A stretch of 64,000 nucleotides of DNA, taken from assembly GCA_051874735.1 (NCBI GenBank), contig JBJEGD010000003.1:11165-75164 (forward strand), given 5' to 3'. The notes beneath the pieces were generated by a model. The model was given only the letters and a program-made list of their open reading frames with translations, made no database searches and was not told where the DNA came from. Below are positions 20,645 through 31,209 of the stretch, piece by piece. Source of the DNA: Candidatus Bruticola sp. GTDB taxonomy: Bacteria > Vulcanimicrobiota > Xenobia > Xenobiales > Xenobiaceae. Position 1 is the first letter of the stretch; every line of letters starts with the position of its first letter. A program made the translations under genes and the position numbers.

Positions 20645-22570
20645 TTGTCTAAATATTTCAGACAGTTATTTATATTTCTTATATTAGGCGGAATCATTTT
20701 ACTGATTCTTGACTATGTCGGCGGCTCCAAAAATTCCGAAGATTTGAAGTTCAGTGAGTTCATCGACGCCGTCACCAACAACAAAGTCGCTTCAGTTACC
20801 ATAAGAGGCGACGTCATTGAGGGGAAATACGCTTCTCCTCAGTCGGCTTCTGACGCCAATTTAGCTTCAGTGGGTCGCACTTTCACAGAGTTTAGAACTA
20901 AGTTCCGCTCTACCGTAACTCCCTCTCCTGAAGAATTGCTTATCAAGCACAAAGTAAAAGTTACCATTGAAGAAGATAGCTGGAGCGATTGGTGGATGAT
21001 TATCTTCAACGTTCTGCCGCTATTTATCCTAATTTTCTTCTTCATTATGATTAGCCGTCAAGCTTCTGGGGCTAACCAAGGATTTGGTTTCGGACGTTCC
21101 AAGCACAAGGCCGTCGCCAGCGACGCTATCACAGTCAATTTTAACGATGTAGCCGGCGTGGAAGAGGCTAAGGAAGAGCTGGAAGAGATTGTCGATTATT
21201 TAAAATATCCTTCCAAATACAAGGCTTTAGGGGCCCGCATTCCTAAAGGCGTCTTGCTGCTGGGCAGTCCTGGTACAGGAAAGACGCTTTTAGGTCGCGC
21301 GGTTGCTGGCGAAGCTGGTGTTCCTTTCTACTATATCAGCGGCTCAGACTTTGTAGAGATGTTTGTGGGCGTGGGTGCATCCCGAGTGCGCGATCTCTTT
21401 GAACAAGCCAAAAAAACAGCTCCCTGCATTGTTTTTATGGACGAAATAGATGCCGTAGGTCGCCAGCGCGGTACCGGTTTAGGTGGAGGCCACGATGAGC
21501 GAGAGCAAACTCTAAACCAACTTTTAGTAGAAATGGACGGCTTTGACAGTACCCCCAGCGCTTCTCCAGTTATAGTGTTGGCTGCTACGAATCGTCCAGA
21601 CGTCCTTGATCCTGCTCTTCTCCGTCCTGGCCGCTTCGATAGACAAGTAATAGTAGATCGTCCTGACATTGCTGGACGCACCGCTATCTTGAAAGTTCAC
21701 AGCCGAGGCAAGCCACTCGATGAAAAAGTTGATTTACGTGATTTAGCTCAGCGCACTCCTGGTTTTTCCGGCGCCGACTTAGAGAATTTGCTCAATGAAG
21801 CGGCTCTGCTGGCGGCCCGCCGTCAAGAGGAAGTTATCACCATGGCCGATTGCACAGAGGCTATCGATCGCGTTATGATGGGACCAGAGCGCAAGAGTCG
21901 CATAATTTCCGATAAAGACAGGAGAGTAACGGCCTATCATGAAGGCGGTCACGCCTTGGTCGCCAGATACATTCCTCAAGCTGACCCAGTTCGCAAAATC
22001 ACCATTTTGCCACGTGGCCAAGCTTTGGGTGTTACTTCTATAGTTCCAGAACAAGACCGATATAATAAAACGCGTTCAGAGATGCTGGCTAGTTTAGCTG
22101 TATTTATGGGCGGTCGTGTAGCAGAAGAGGTAGTTTTCGGAGAGATTACCACTGGTGCTTCCAGTGATATTGAGAAAGCTACCGAAATAGCTCGTGATAT
22201 GGTCTGCCGCTTCGGTATGAGCGACCGTATAGGTCCGGTTAACTACGTACATGAACATGGTGAAGTATTTTTAGGACGCGATATTAGTGAGCATCGCAAT
22301 TACTCTGAGAGTACTTCTCAAGCCATCGACGCCGAAGTTCGCCGTTTACTGACTGAAGCTTATGAAAGGGCCAGAAGCATCTTGCAGGAACATCGGCAAA
22401 ATTTAGATAAGCTGACCGATCTGCTCATGGAAAAAGAACTGATCGAAGCGGCAGAACTCGATGAGCTTTTGGGTCCTTCAGCCCGCGATCTTCTTAAGAA
22501 AAAAGAAGAGAAACCAGTTTCAGAGGCAGAATCTGAACAGCAAACTTCTTCTGACGTAAAAGAAGATTAA
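20645..22570 (+). CDS. ftsH: ATP-dependent zinc metalloprotease FtsH
   Basis: Two TMs, [23 protein letters not shown]. Start TTG 20645 is probable. Confidence 0.97.
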   Translation: MSKYFRQLFIFLILGGIILLILDYVGGSKNSEDLKFSEFIDAVTNNKVASVTIRGDVIEGKYASPQSASDANLASVGRTFTEFRTKFRSTVTPSPEELLIKHKVKVTIEEDSWSDWWMIIFNVLPLFILIFFFIMISRQASGANQGFGFGRSKHKAVASDAITVNFNDVAGVEEAKEELEEIVDYLKYPSKYKALGARIPKGVLLLGSPGTGKTLLGRAVAGEAGVPFYYISGSDFVEMFVGVGASRVRDLFEQAKKTAPCIVFMDEIDAVGRQRGTGLGGGHDEREQTLNQLLVEMDGFDSTPSASPVIVLAATNRPDVLDPALLRPGRFDRQVIVDRPDIAGRTAILKVHSRGKPLDEKVDLRDLAQRTPGFSGADLENLLNEAALLAARRQEEVITMADCTEAIDRVMMGPERKSRIISDKDRRVTAYHEGGHALVARYIPQADPVRKITILPRGQALGVTSIVPEQDRYNKTRSEMLASLAVFMGGRVAEEVVFGEITTGASSDIEKATEIARDMVCRFGMSDRIGPVNYVHEHGEVFLGRDISEHRNYSESTSQAIDAEVRRLLTEAYERARSILQEHRQNLDKLTDLLMEKELIEAAELDELLGPSARDLLKKKEEKPVSEAESEQQTSSDVKED

Positions 22571-22765
22571 GGGCAACTTTATACAGCAGTTTTTCCCTGC
22601 TGTTGGTTTCACAGAGCGCTGGCTCTGAAATGTTGACAAAATAATCGAACATCAACCTCGTACAACTACGTTGGTGCGGTGAGTGTTTTGGGTTCAGAGT
22701 CATGAGTACTTTGAGCCCAAAACTATATATGACATAAAATATTAACTGAGGCTTGCTAAACAAAT

Positions 22766-23683
22766 ATGGACAGTTCGTCAAACAGCGACATCTTATATTC
22801 TGAAGTTCCAAAGCAGAGTCACAGCTCTAATTCGGATTCGTCTGCCTCTAAAAAGTCAGAATCCTTCCACGATAAAAACCGATCTCATCAAAGCGAAGAT
22901 GATCTGCCAGCTCCAGCAAATTACCATTTAAAGGCGATCCCTGGTTCTCTGTCGCAGGAAAGTACTCAAGAACGTATTTTAAACGCAGTCAAAACTATCA
23001 GTCAAAAATCTGAGAATTTTACCTCTGATTCAGATACCGATATTCCCAATGCCCCTAAATCACAGCCAACTATAACTCTGCTGCCGCAAAAAGATGCAGT
23101 ATCTCCCAACTCCAACCTAGCGTCTCAATCTGATGATGGTAAAAATTATACTGCTGATCGCCAATTAAATTCCTCACTAGGTGAAGACAGCGGGGTCTAT
23201 TCTCATACGATGTTAACAGCCATAGCTTCTCCCTCCAAAGTTTTTCCCAAAGTCGGAGGTAAGCATATCTTAGTTGCTCCTACCAAGACAAAAAAAACTA
23301 GTATATTTAAGTCAAACTCACTAGCTGCGGCTAAGGATGCCAACCAAGGAAAAGTACTTCATATATCTGCCAAGCTTAAGTCTGTTGGCGCTGACGATCC
23401 TTACAAGTCAGAATATTATTTAAGCGCTTTTCTGTCAGTAATTTTCATAATATTTACTTTTTTATGCATAGCTACATGTTGCCTAACCTTCTTGTGGCCA
23501 GAACATTTAGCACGCCTAAATTTAAATTTTGATACTGCCAGCCACATTTTACTGGCCGAAATAGCTGTTCTACTTCTAAGCAGCAGCTTCCAAAGTAAGT
23601 TTTCCTCAGGTTTCAGAAGAGCTAATTTTTTATGTGGTCTTCTGGTTGCAGCCGAAATGATGATCGTACTGTATTTTTCCTGA
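22766..23683 (+). CDS. Hypothetical protein: Ser-rich disordered N-terminus and 3 C-terminal TMs
   Basis: ORF composition. Confidence 0.6.
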   Translation: MDSSSNSDILYSEVPKQSHSSNSDSSASKKSESFHDKNRSHQSEDDLPAPANYHLKAIPGSLSQESTQERILNAVKTISQKSENFTSDSDTDIPNAPKSQPTITLLPQKDAVSPNSNLASQSDDGKNYTADRQLNSSLGEDSGVYSHTMLTAIASPSKVFPKVGGKHILVAPTKTKKTSIFKSNSLAAAKDANQGKVLHISAKLKSVGADDPYKSEYYLSAFLSVIFIIFTFLCIATCCLTFLWPEHLARLNLNFDTASHILLAEIAVLLLSSSFQSKFSSGFRRANFLCGLLVAAEMMIVLYFS

Positions 23684-23699
23684 AATTTAAATGTTATAA

Positions 23700-24311
23700 A
23701 TGAGAAAGGTACATATTACCGTGAGCTTAATCAGTAAGCAAGAAGAATCCCAACCAGCCAATGTTCATCCTCTAGCTAAAAACATAGACAAAGTGCTTGT
23801 TCCTACAGAGATTATCTATAAACGCATTGAGCGCATGGGTGAGCAGATCTCTAAAGATTATGCCGGCAAAAATCTAGTTATCATAGGCGTGCTTAAAGGG
23901 GCGCTCCCCTTTATGGCAGCTCTTATAAAATGTATCACCGTACCTATGGTCATAGACTTTGTGGCTCTTTCTTCTTACGAGGGCGGCACCTCTTCTACTG
24001 GAGTTGTCCGCTTTCAAAAAGATGTAGAAGAGCCTTTGGAAGGGCAGCATGTCCTGGTAGTGGAAGATATCGTCGACACAGGCTTAACCTTACATTACTT
24101 ACTTAAAACTCTCAAGCTGCGCAATCCTAAAAGTTTAGAGGTATGCTGTTTGATAAGCAAACCGTCCCGCCGTAAAATTGACATCGATGTAAAATATTTA
24201 GGTTTTACTATTCCTGATAGATTTATTGTCGGTTTCGGCATGGATTATCAAGAGCGTTACCGCAACCTCGACTATATAGGTGTTCTTTCCCCCGCTGCAA
24301 TTACTCCCTAA
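23700..24311 (+). CDS. hpt: Hypoxanthine phosphoribosyltransferase (canonical)
   Basis: VLKGA, SSY flexible loop, VEDIVDTGLT. Confidence 0.95.
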   Translation: MRKVHITVSLISKQEESQPANVHPLAKNIDKVLVPTEIIYKRIERMGEQISKDYAGKNLVIIGVLKGALPFMAALIKCITVPMVIDFVALSSYEGGTSSTGVVRFQKDVEEPLEGQHVLVVEDIVDTGLTLHYLLKTLKLRNPKSLEVCCLISKPSRRKIDIDVKYLGFTIPDRFIVGFGMDYQERYRNLDYIGVLSPAAITP

Positions 24312-24335
24312 ATTTATTTTGTTGAGGAGGCCTTT

Positions 24336-25043
24336 ATGTTTTTAAGCAGTCAACTCCTGAAAATGCAGGATCTAGACGACAAAATTGATGAGTTGAACAG
24401 AGAGATTGCCGTCATAGAGGCCTCTACAGCCCACTGGATCCCGGTTAGAGAGCTTCAGATTAAACGTCAAGCTGTGCAACAGCAGCTTGAAACTTTAATA
24501 TCGGAAACTGATGAACTCTCTATTCAGGAGGAACAGCTGCAGAGAAAAAAACAAAAGCTGCACAACAAACTTTATAGCGGTACTACTAGCAGCATTAAGG
24601 AACTAAATAACATAGAAAGAGAGCTTAAAGAAACGGAAGCTAAGCTTTCTCCTCTCTGTGAGATTGTGGTCAGTAATATCGATGAATCAGACAAACTGCT
24701 TCAACAAGTTAGGGATATTGATAAAGAACTTGAACCTAAGGAACGCGAAGCTAAGCAATATAGTGCCCATTTGCAGCGTAAGATAGCGGCCTCCCGAGCC
24801 AATATTGAAAAGCTGCAGCAACAACGCCCGCAAGTGCTTGGAGAATTGCCCACAGAGGCTCGCAGCGCCTACTGTAGGCTTTATAACAGCCGAAACACCC
24901 CAGCAGTCTCTATTTTAGAGAACAGAATTTGCAATATTTGCCGCGCCCGAGTTCCTGAGCATAAACTCAATGCCATTTATCAAAATCAACTTACTTTCTG
25001 TGAAAGCTGTGGCCGTATCTTGGCTATCCGACGTTCCTCCTAA
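24336..25043 (+). CDS. Coiled-coil C4 zinc-ribbon protein (DUF164-like)
   Basis: LQDLD-like start, long coiled coil, CNIC...CESCGRIL. Confidence 0.88.
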   Translation: MFLSSQLLKMQDLDDKIDELNREIAVIEASTAHWIPVRELQIKRQAVQQQLETLISETDELSIQEEQLQRKKQKLHNKLYSGTTSSIKELNNIERELKETEAKLSPLCEIVVSNIDESDKLLQQVRDIDKELEPKEREAKQYSAHLQRKIAASRANIEKLQQQRPQVLGELPTEARSAYCRLYNSRNTPAVSILENRICNICRARVPEHKLNAIYQNQLTFCESCGRILAIRRSS

Positions 25044-25069
25044 ATTTATGTAAACTAAAATAGCCAATA

Positions 25070-25112
25070 TAAAGGCCCGGCACCCCTATATGACAAGAGC
25101 GCCGGGCCTTTA
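25070..25112. terminator. Hairpin between convergent genes (probable bidirectional terminator)
   Basis: TAAAGGCCCGGC...GCCGGGCCTTTA. Confidence 0.7.
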
Positions 25113-25140
25113 GGTTAGACATAACTTTATGGAAAAAAAA

Positions 25141-25968
25141 TTACCAAACAGGAGGAAAAGGCGGCAAGCTTTCTGCTTTTTCAGCGACAGGAGCTGCCGG
25201 TATCTGCTTGACTTGAGGCTTAACGACAACAGCACTTACTTCTTGAGTAGGCTTAGTGTCGGGGCCTAACTCTAAAATAAAATAGTGTCCCTCTACACCA
25301 AAACCTGTAAACCGGGCATTGACATTTATAGGAACCTTAGGCCACGGATTTATTACCACATAATCATCAGTTATCTTAACTACACCACGCAGTCCTTCAA
25401 TACTCCCCAACTTTTGCTGAGCGAAAGACATAATCAAACGGCGCACCATGGCGGGCAAAGGCAGCATATCGGCAGCCCAAAAGTTCTTGAAGACTATTTT
25501 TAAACTATTGTCAGGAGTCGGACTGAAACGCAATTCGATAGAAAAAGGGAAATTAAGAATTTTACGCACTTCACCGCGAATTGTGACCATCTCATCGTCA
25601 AACACAAGACGCAGGCCACGAACTTCCACAGGAGCATTGCGTTTTAATTCGGCTAAAAAGGCCGGGCTGCTCAGAAAGGAATTAATTAAATCGGCATTCA
25701 TGCGCACTACTAAGCTCTCAATATCGAGCTTTATAGCTTTAAGCATTTCTTCAGAAGTTAAGCCTAATTTAATATTGCTTACTTTCAAAGCTAAATCGTC
25801 GACGCGTACGCCTTCTAAAGTTCCTGAAGCAATACTGGCATTGCGGGCTTTAATTCTAAAAGCATAGCTGCCCGCCTGCTCCTCTAAGGAAACGGAAGCC
25901 CCTCCTAAACCAAACGCATTGACGTTGTTAACAAACAGAGAAACAATCTCTTGTAAGCCCAGTTTCAT
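25141..25968 (-). CDS. Hypothetical protein, possibly DUF2993/LmeA-like lipid-binding
   Basis: Alternating hydrophobic beta strands; family call is tentative. Confidence 0.45.
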   Translation of the reverse strand: MKLGLQEIVSLFVNNVNAFGLGGASVSLEEQAGSYAFRIKARNASIASGTLEGVRVDDLALKVSNIKLGLTSEEMLKAIKLDIESLVVRMNADLINSFLSSPAFLAELKRNAPVEVRGLRLVFDDEMVTIRGEVRKILNFPFSIELRFSPTPDNSLKIVFKNFWAADMLPLPAMVRRLIMSFAQQKLGSIEGLRGVVKITDDYVVINPWPKVPINVNARFTGFGVEGHYFILELGPDTKPTQEVSAVVVKPQVKQIPAAPVAEKAESLPPFPPVW

Positions 25969-25975
25969 ATTTTAA

Positions 25976-26323
25976 TTAAGCCACCTTATTGCCAGAATCG
26001 TCCTTCTTTGTTTCTGCTCCAGATGAATTCTTTCCTTCAGTTGATGAAGCAGCGCTAGTTTCCGTTTTAATAGCTTTATCAGTTTCACTAGAACTATTTT
26101 CAGTAGTAGTATGATGGCTATGTTTATCAGTAGCAGAATTTCCATGCGGATTATCAGTTACATAAAAACCGCTACCTTTAAAAATAATTCCTACACTGGA
26201 AACTACTTTATGCATAGTTTCAGTGCCACAGTTAGGACACGTAGTAAGAGGCGGATCACTAACATACTGCAATTCTTCCACTTCTTTATGACAATTACTG
26301 CAGCGGTAGACATATATAGGCAT
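25976..26323 (-). CDS. FmdB-family zinc-ribbon protein
   Basis: MPIYVYRC..C, CPNCG, FKGSGFYVTD, Ser/Thr-rich tail. Confidence 0.92.
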   Translation of the reverse strand: MPIYVYRCSNCHKEVEELQYVSDPPLTTCPNCGTETMHKVVSSVGIIFKGSGFYVTDNPHGNSATDKHSHHTTTENSSSETDKAIKTETSAASSTEGKNSSGAETKKDDSGNKVA

Positions 26324-26414
26324 AGTAAAAAGACCTCAAAAAACGTTTAAAATCTAAAATAGGAATGAGGTCAAGATCCTCATTCCACAACTACAAGTCT
26401 AAAGAAGAAAAAGC

Positions 26415-26684
26415 CTACTCCCCTTCAGCAGCCAGTTCGGCGTCTTGAGCTATCATAACTTCAATAGAATGTTTGTTTACAGTGACAAAATCTGAAGTAT
26501 GCAGCAAAGTATCCCCATGGGTACTGTAGATCTGTGCATTTGTTACAGCAATAAACTCACGGGCGCGAACGTTAAGCTCATCAGCGACCTTCGAGTCAGC
26601 AACCAAATAAATTTCACCTTCAATACGATGATTGTTAGTGTATATTAAAACTTGTTTGCGTTCTTTAGGAATGCGCAGCGACAT
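26415..26684 (-). CDS. Small beta-rich hypothetical protein (DUF6812-like)
   Basis: RIEGEIYL...DELN...FIAVTNA...VNK pattern. Confidence 0.65.
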   Translation of the reverse strand: MSLRIPKERKQVLIYTNNHRIEGEIYLVADSKVADELNVRAREFIAVTNAQIYSTHGDTLLHTSDFVTVNKHSIEVMIAQDAELAAEGE

Positions 26685-26840
26685 ATCTTCTTTATGACCT
26701 CACTTGCTGTGTAGAACTTGCCCCTGAATAAAATGTTCCTGAAAAACAGAGGGGAGCTTTAGCAAAACGTATAGGATAAACAATCTCCCTTCCCCTCCTG
26801 CAGGAGCCCCCCACAGTTATCCGCCCGTCTATTATACTAA

Positions 26841-26900
26841 AGGAGCCCCTAATCCTCCTCAAGTCAGCTTCAAATACTGAGGAAAGAACAAAGGGCTCCT
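26841..26900 (-). terminator. Hairpin downstream of serA
   Basis: AGGAGCCC...GGGCTCCT with inner stem. Confidence 0.5.
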
Positions 26901-26931
26901 ACAATTACCGTCTTAAGTAAAACAAAGCTTA

Positions 26932-27900
26932 TTAAGCAGGATTGACACAGTTAGGAACCGCTTCTTTGCCTTCAGCATAAATAGCGGCTAAACGAGCAGC
27001 CTCAAGACCAGTGGCTAACTCAGATTGTTCTGTAGAAGCACCAATATGATGTGAAGCATAGCAATGAGGATGTTTAGCTAAAGCACAATCAAAATCAGCA
27101 GTAGCTGTGCCGGGCTCGTTAGGAAGAACGTCTAAGCCGCAGCGCAATCCCTTCTCATCGAGGGCTTTCAAAAGTGCATCATTATCAACGATATCCGCGC
27201 GAGAAGTATTAATTAAAATAGCGCCAGGCTTCATAGCCTTGAGGAACTCTTCTCCGACCATTTTTCTGGTGGAGTCGAGCAAAGGTACATGGATAGAAAC
27301 GATATCAGACTTAGCGGCCAACTCAAGCAAGTTCTCACAGCGATCGATACCGAGCTCAGCGGCTAACTCGGAGGTCAAACAGACATCGTAGGCACAGACA
27401 TTGACTTCAAAGCCTCGCAAACGCTTAATGAGCTCACGACCAATCATACCGGTACCAATTAAACCGACCGTTTTACCCTTTAATCCCTGCGCCTTACCAA
27501 ATTCTTTTTTGTTCCATTTGCCAGCGCGCAGCTGAGCTACACAATCGGGAATACGCCGTTCTAAAGAAAGTATCAGTCCCATAGCCAACTCAGCCACAGC
27601 TACAGAGTTCTTGCCGGGGCAGTTAACCACGCGAACATTATGTTCAGTAGCACAAGCTACATCGATGGTGTTTACGCCACTGCCGGCACGAATGACTAAT
27701 CCCAATTTATCCGCAGCTTCAAAAACCGCCTTAGTTACTTTAGTAGAACGAACTACTAAAATATCTATATCTTTAATATGAGCGGGCAATTCATCGGCAG
27801 TAATAGTCGGATTATTAATGACCTCGGCGCCTTCAATAGCTTTAAATGCCTCAATAGCCACGGGATTAATTTTATCTGCTAACAGGATCTTCATAAACAA
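26932..27900 (-). CDS. serA: D-3-phosphoglycerate dehydrogenase-family enzyme (short form, no ACT domain)
   Basis: RAGSGVNTID, GLIGTGMIG, INTSRA, HIGAST. Confidence 0.8.
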   Translation of the reverse strand: MFMKILLADKINPVAIEAFKAIEGAEVINNPTITADELPAHIKDIDILVVRSTKVTKAVFEAADKLGLVIRAGSGVNTIDVACATEHNVRVVNCPGKNSVAVAELAMGLILSLERRIPDCVAQLRAGKWNKKEFGKAQGLKGKTVGLIGTGMIGRELIKRLRGFEVNVCAYDVCLTSELAAELGIDRCENLLELAAKSDIVSIHVPLLDSTRKMVGEEFLKAMKPGAILINTSRADIVDNDALLKALDEKGLRCGLDVLPNEPGTATADFDCALAKHPHCYASHHIGASTEQSELATGLEAARLAAIYAEGKEAVPNCVNPA

Positions 27901-28084
27901 AACCTTCCTATCCCCAACGGCTCGGCCCGCATAACCATCCGGCCCCCGACAAAAGTCGGCGTTGGAGCAAATTTATTTCTGCAAATAGAACTAGAAACGG
28001 TCTACATCTTCCTGTAGTCGGCTTTTTTCTCCTGCTTTTTGCCAGTTATTAATGCACAAAAGCCTGCCTAACTGCAGATATTAG

Positions 28085-29800
28085 CTAAGGTAGACAAACT
28101 ACTCTATCATCAGCTTCATTACTTAAGGGAGAAAGACGTTTAATCGCTTCAACAAATAGGGGCTGAACAGGACCGAGCACACGTTTATCTTCAGCCTTTT
28201 TGAAAGCAGCCTTACGCGACATAGTCTCGTTGCTGACAATTACGTACGAAGCTTGAGGATCTAAACTATCTCCGTTAGCTAAAGCCACTTTCACTAAACG
28301 GCTGCCCTCAGGACGTTTCTTATCATAAACATATTTTAAACCGCAGGGTACAGCTAATTCAGTAGCCTTGTCGCGCAAATCATCCTCAATTTCATCGAGA
28401 ACCATCTGGCCAGTTACTTTCATAGTAACATAATTTTCTTCAGTAAAAGGCAAGGCGGAGTACACATCACGGTAGGTCACTTTTCCCTTAGGCAAACTGC
28501 CTCGCAAAGAGCGGGAATTGCAAATGCCAAAAACTGGCTTTTCTTTACCAGGCGCATCAAAACCGGGCTGAGTATCAGTTCTATTGATAGCGGCCTCTAA
28601 AATGGAGTCAGCATGAATTTGATTTAATTTTCCAGCCTCGCGGTGAAAGAACAAAATATCTTCATTAGCCTCAGCAACAATTTGATTGCCTATTTGATCA
28701 GCTTCTAGGCGGTAAGGTTTAAGAATTTCTTCCACTTCTGGATCGGGCTGAAGTTGGTTACAAATAACGGGCAGGAGCTTAGATTTAGCCTCTATCAGAC
28801 GCCAATGGCCCGGCTTTCCCTCTAAATACAGCTTAATTTCTCCTAAATATTTGGCTGCAAAGCCAGCTTGAGCAATTAAGGTTTTGCCAACAGTATGCCC
28901 TTCAGGCAAAACCGTATGGGAGTGAGCTCCCACTATAACATCGATACCTGGAACTTTAGAAGCTAATTTTAAATCGTTCTCGTAGCCTATATGTGAAAGT
29001 ACGATAACAATATCTGCTCCAGCTTCACGCATAATGGGCAGATAATATTTTACAGTCTTGGCCGATTTGCGAAAAACTAAATCATCAAGTTTTTTAGCAG
29101 CTACAAAATGTTTAATATCAGGAGTATCTAACCCCAAAATGCCGACCTTAACTCCTTCAATATTGACAAGGCGATAAGGCTGGGTTCCCTTCAAAGGCAG
29201 ACCGTTAGAAAGATGCAAAATATTAGCCGCTACAATTGGAGAATCGATAGCTTCTATCATATTGGATAAGGCCTCTTGTCCCCAAGCAAAATCGTGGTTA
29301 CCTAAGGCTACAGCATCAAACTTCAAACTGTGCAGAGCCTTACAGTATCCTACACCACGACTCATATAAGAAAGCATACTACCTTCAGCTAAATCGCCAC
29401 CATTGAGAAGCAAAGTAGACTGAGGATTTTGGGCTCGGCGCTGCTTAATAAGGGAAGCCAGCCAAGCTAAACCTCCGACCTTCGATTCGGCACTCATTTT
29501 AAGATCTACACCAGGATCGACGCTACCATGTACATCATTTACATGCAAAATAGTTAATGTACGATCTTGAAGCAACTGCCCTTTTGGAGAAGCCTCTTTG
29601 ACGGTAGCCTGCTGACAAGCTTTTTTGTTTGAGTTACCTTTAGCTAATCTCTGGTTTACGGCCTTTGAAGCAGTTTGACATACATAGGGCTCAGCCGATT
29701 TACCCTCAATGGGAGCTGCCTGGACAGTTCCTACACTCCAGCAACAGGCAAAAATTATTCCAGCGCTGAAAATTTTTCTCATCCATAGGTATTTGCTCAT
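28085..29800 (-). CDS. Secreted bifunctional 5'-nucleotidase/UDP-sugar hydrolase
   Basis: Signal peptide; NDVHG, GGD, GNHDF, SHIG, GAHSH; C-terminal 5'-NT domain. Confidence 0.92.
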   Translation of the reverse strand: MSKYLWMRKIFSAGIIFACCWSVGTVQAAPIEGKSAEPYVCQTASKAVNQRLAKGNSNKKACQQATVKEASPKGQLLQDRTLTILHVNDVHGSVDPGVDLKMSAESKVGGLAWLASLIKQRRAQNPQSTLLLNGGDLAEGSMLSYMSRGVGYCKALHSLKFDAVALGNHDFAWGQEALSNMIEAIDSPIVAANILHLSNGLPLKGTQPYRLVNIEGVKVGILGLDTPDIKHFVAAKKLDDLVFRKSAKTVKYYLPIMREAGADIVIVLSHIGYENDLKLASKVPGIDVIVGAHSHTVLPEGHTVGKTLIAQAGFAAKYLGEIKLYLEGKPGHWRLIEAKSKLLPVICNQLQPDPEVEEILKPYRLEADQIGNQIVAEANEDILFFHREAGKLNQIHADSILEAAINRTDTQPGFDAPGKEKPVFGICNSRSLRGSLPKGKVTYRDVYSALPFTEENYVTMKVTGQMVLDEIEDDLRDKATELAVPCGLKYVYDKKRPEGSRLVKVALANGDSLDPQASYVIVSNETMSRKAAFKKAEDKRVLGPVQPLFVEAIKRLSPLSNEADDRVVCLP

Positions 29801-29882
29801 TGTTCAAAACCTCATTGTCTCAAAAAAAAGGACACACCAAACAGCAGTGCGTCCTTAAATTAAAAGAAATAGTTAGAAAAAC

Positions 29883-31022
29883 TTAACGGCCGCGCTTCTT
29901 TCTGCCTTTGACTGATTCATCAGCAAAAATGCGCAGGTTATCAGGACGGTAAGCATTCACGATAGCGTCGTCGTAGCTAATTAAACCAGCTTCAACTAAA
30001 CGGCTCAGCGAATACTCCATGGTGCACATGCCAAGTTCTCCGTTCATCTCTATAGTAGAGTAAACTTGATGCAGTTTATTATCGCGTATCAAAGCTGACA
30101 AAGCAGGAGCGCTAAGCAGAATTTCTCGAGCTGCAACTCGCCCACCACGATCGACTCTAGAAATTAACTTCTGAGAAATTACAGCTTTTAGACAGCTAGC
30201 TAACTGTGTGCGCGCCTGCGGCTGACGTTCGGCAGGAATAGCTCCCAAAATACGCTCCAGCGTGCCAGTTGCATCGGGACTATGCAAACTAGCCAACACC
30301 AAATGGCCCGTCTCAGCTATAGTTAAAGCCATTTCAATGGAAACGGCATCGCGCAGCTCACCGATCATAATCACATCGGGATCTTGGCGCAAACTGCTAA
30401 TACAGGCGATATCGAACGAGTTAGTATGACGTCCAACTTCACGCTGGCTGACCATACCGCGATGAGGATGCAAAATAAACTCTATAGGAGCCTCCAACGT
30501 TAAAACGTGGGCAGCTCTATTACGCAACACCGTATCCAGCAGAACGGCTAAAGTAGTAGATTTACCTACTCCAGTAGCACCAGTAACTAATACTAAACCT
30601 GAAGTAGGTAGCAGCTTATCTTTCAACTTTTCATCGAGACAGATGTCATCAAAGCTAGGAATTTGAGGAGGGATAAGGCGCAGAGCAGCCGCAGGCCCTA
30701 AACGATCGAAATAAGCATTAAGACGAAAACGCCCGATGTCGGCAACATCGACAGCTGTATCCAACTCTAAGTTCAGCTCCCACTCCTTGCGCCGCTTGTC
30801 ATCTAAAAAAGATGCAATCGTATCGCGCACTTCTAAAGCGCTCAACGGAGCGAACCCAGGCATAGCCGCTAATTCTCCGTTGAGACGAATCATAGGAGCC
30901 ATACTAGATTTCAGATGTATATCAGAAGCTTGCATACCGGCAGCACAGCGCAGCATAGCATCTGTATCTATGGCAGAACGGCGACTAGCGCTGCCTATAG
31001 GAGAGGCTGAATTTATAGTCAT
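29883..31022 (-). CDS. pilT: PilT/PilU-family type IV pilus ATPase
   Basis: ASDIHL, GATGVGKST, LRQDPDVIMIGELRD, ETGHLV. Confidence 0.88.
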   Translation of the reverse strand: MTINSASPIGSASRRSAIDTDAMLRCAAGMQASDIHLKSSMAPMIRLNGELAAMPGFAPLSALEVRDTIASFLDDKRRKEWELNLELDTAVDVADIGRFRLNAYFDRLGPAAALRLIPPQIPSFDDICLDEKLKDKLLPTSGLVLVTGATGVGKSTTLAVLLDTVLRNRAAHVLTLEAPIEFILHPHRGMVSQREVGRHTNSFDIACISSLRQDPDVIMIGELRDAVSIEMALTIAETGHLVLASLHSPDATGTLERILGAIPAERQPQARTQLASCLKAVISQKLISRVDRGGRVAAREILLSAPALSALIRDNKLHQVYSTIEMNGELGMCTMEYSLSRLVEAGLISYDDAIVNAYRPDNLRIFADESVKGRKKRGR

Positions 31023-31209
31023 ATCAGTACCCTTTCTTTGACATTGCCGCCAGCTGAAGCCAGATTACCTGACTGCTGCAGCTAGAAATTTAAGTTCACT
31101 CAAACGACTGCCGACCGCTGAACAGCCTTTTTCGGCGCCGACATCCGTATTTTAAATCGTACACTGAACTGAACAATTTAAAAAACTGTGGACATATGAA
31201 CAAATTATG

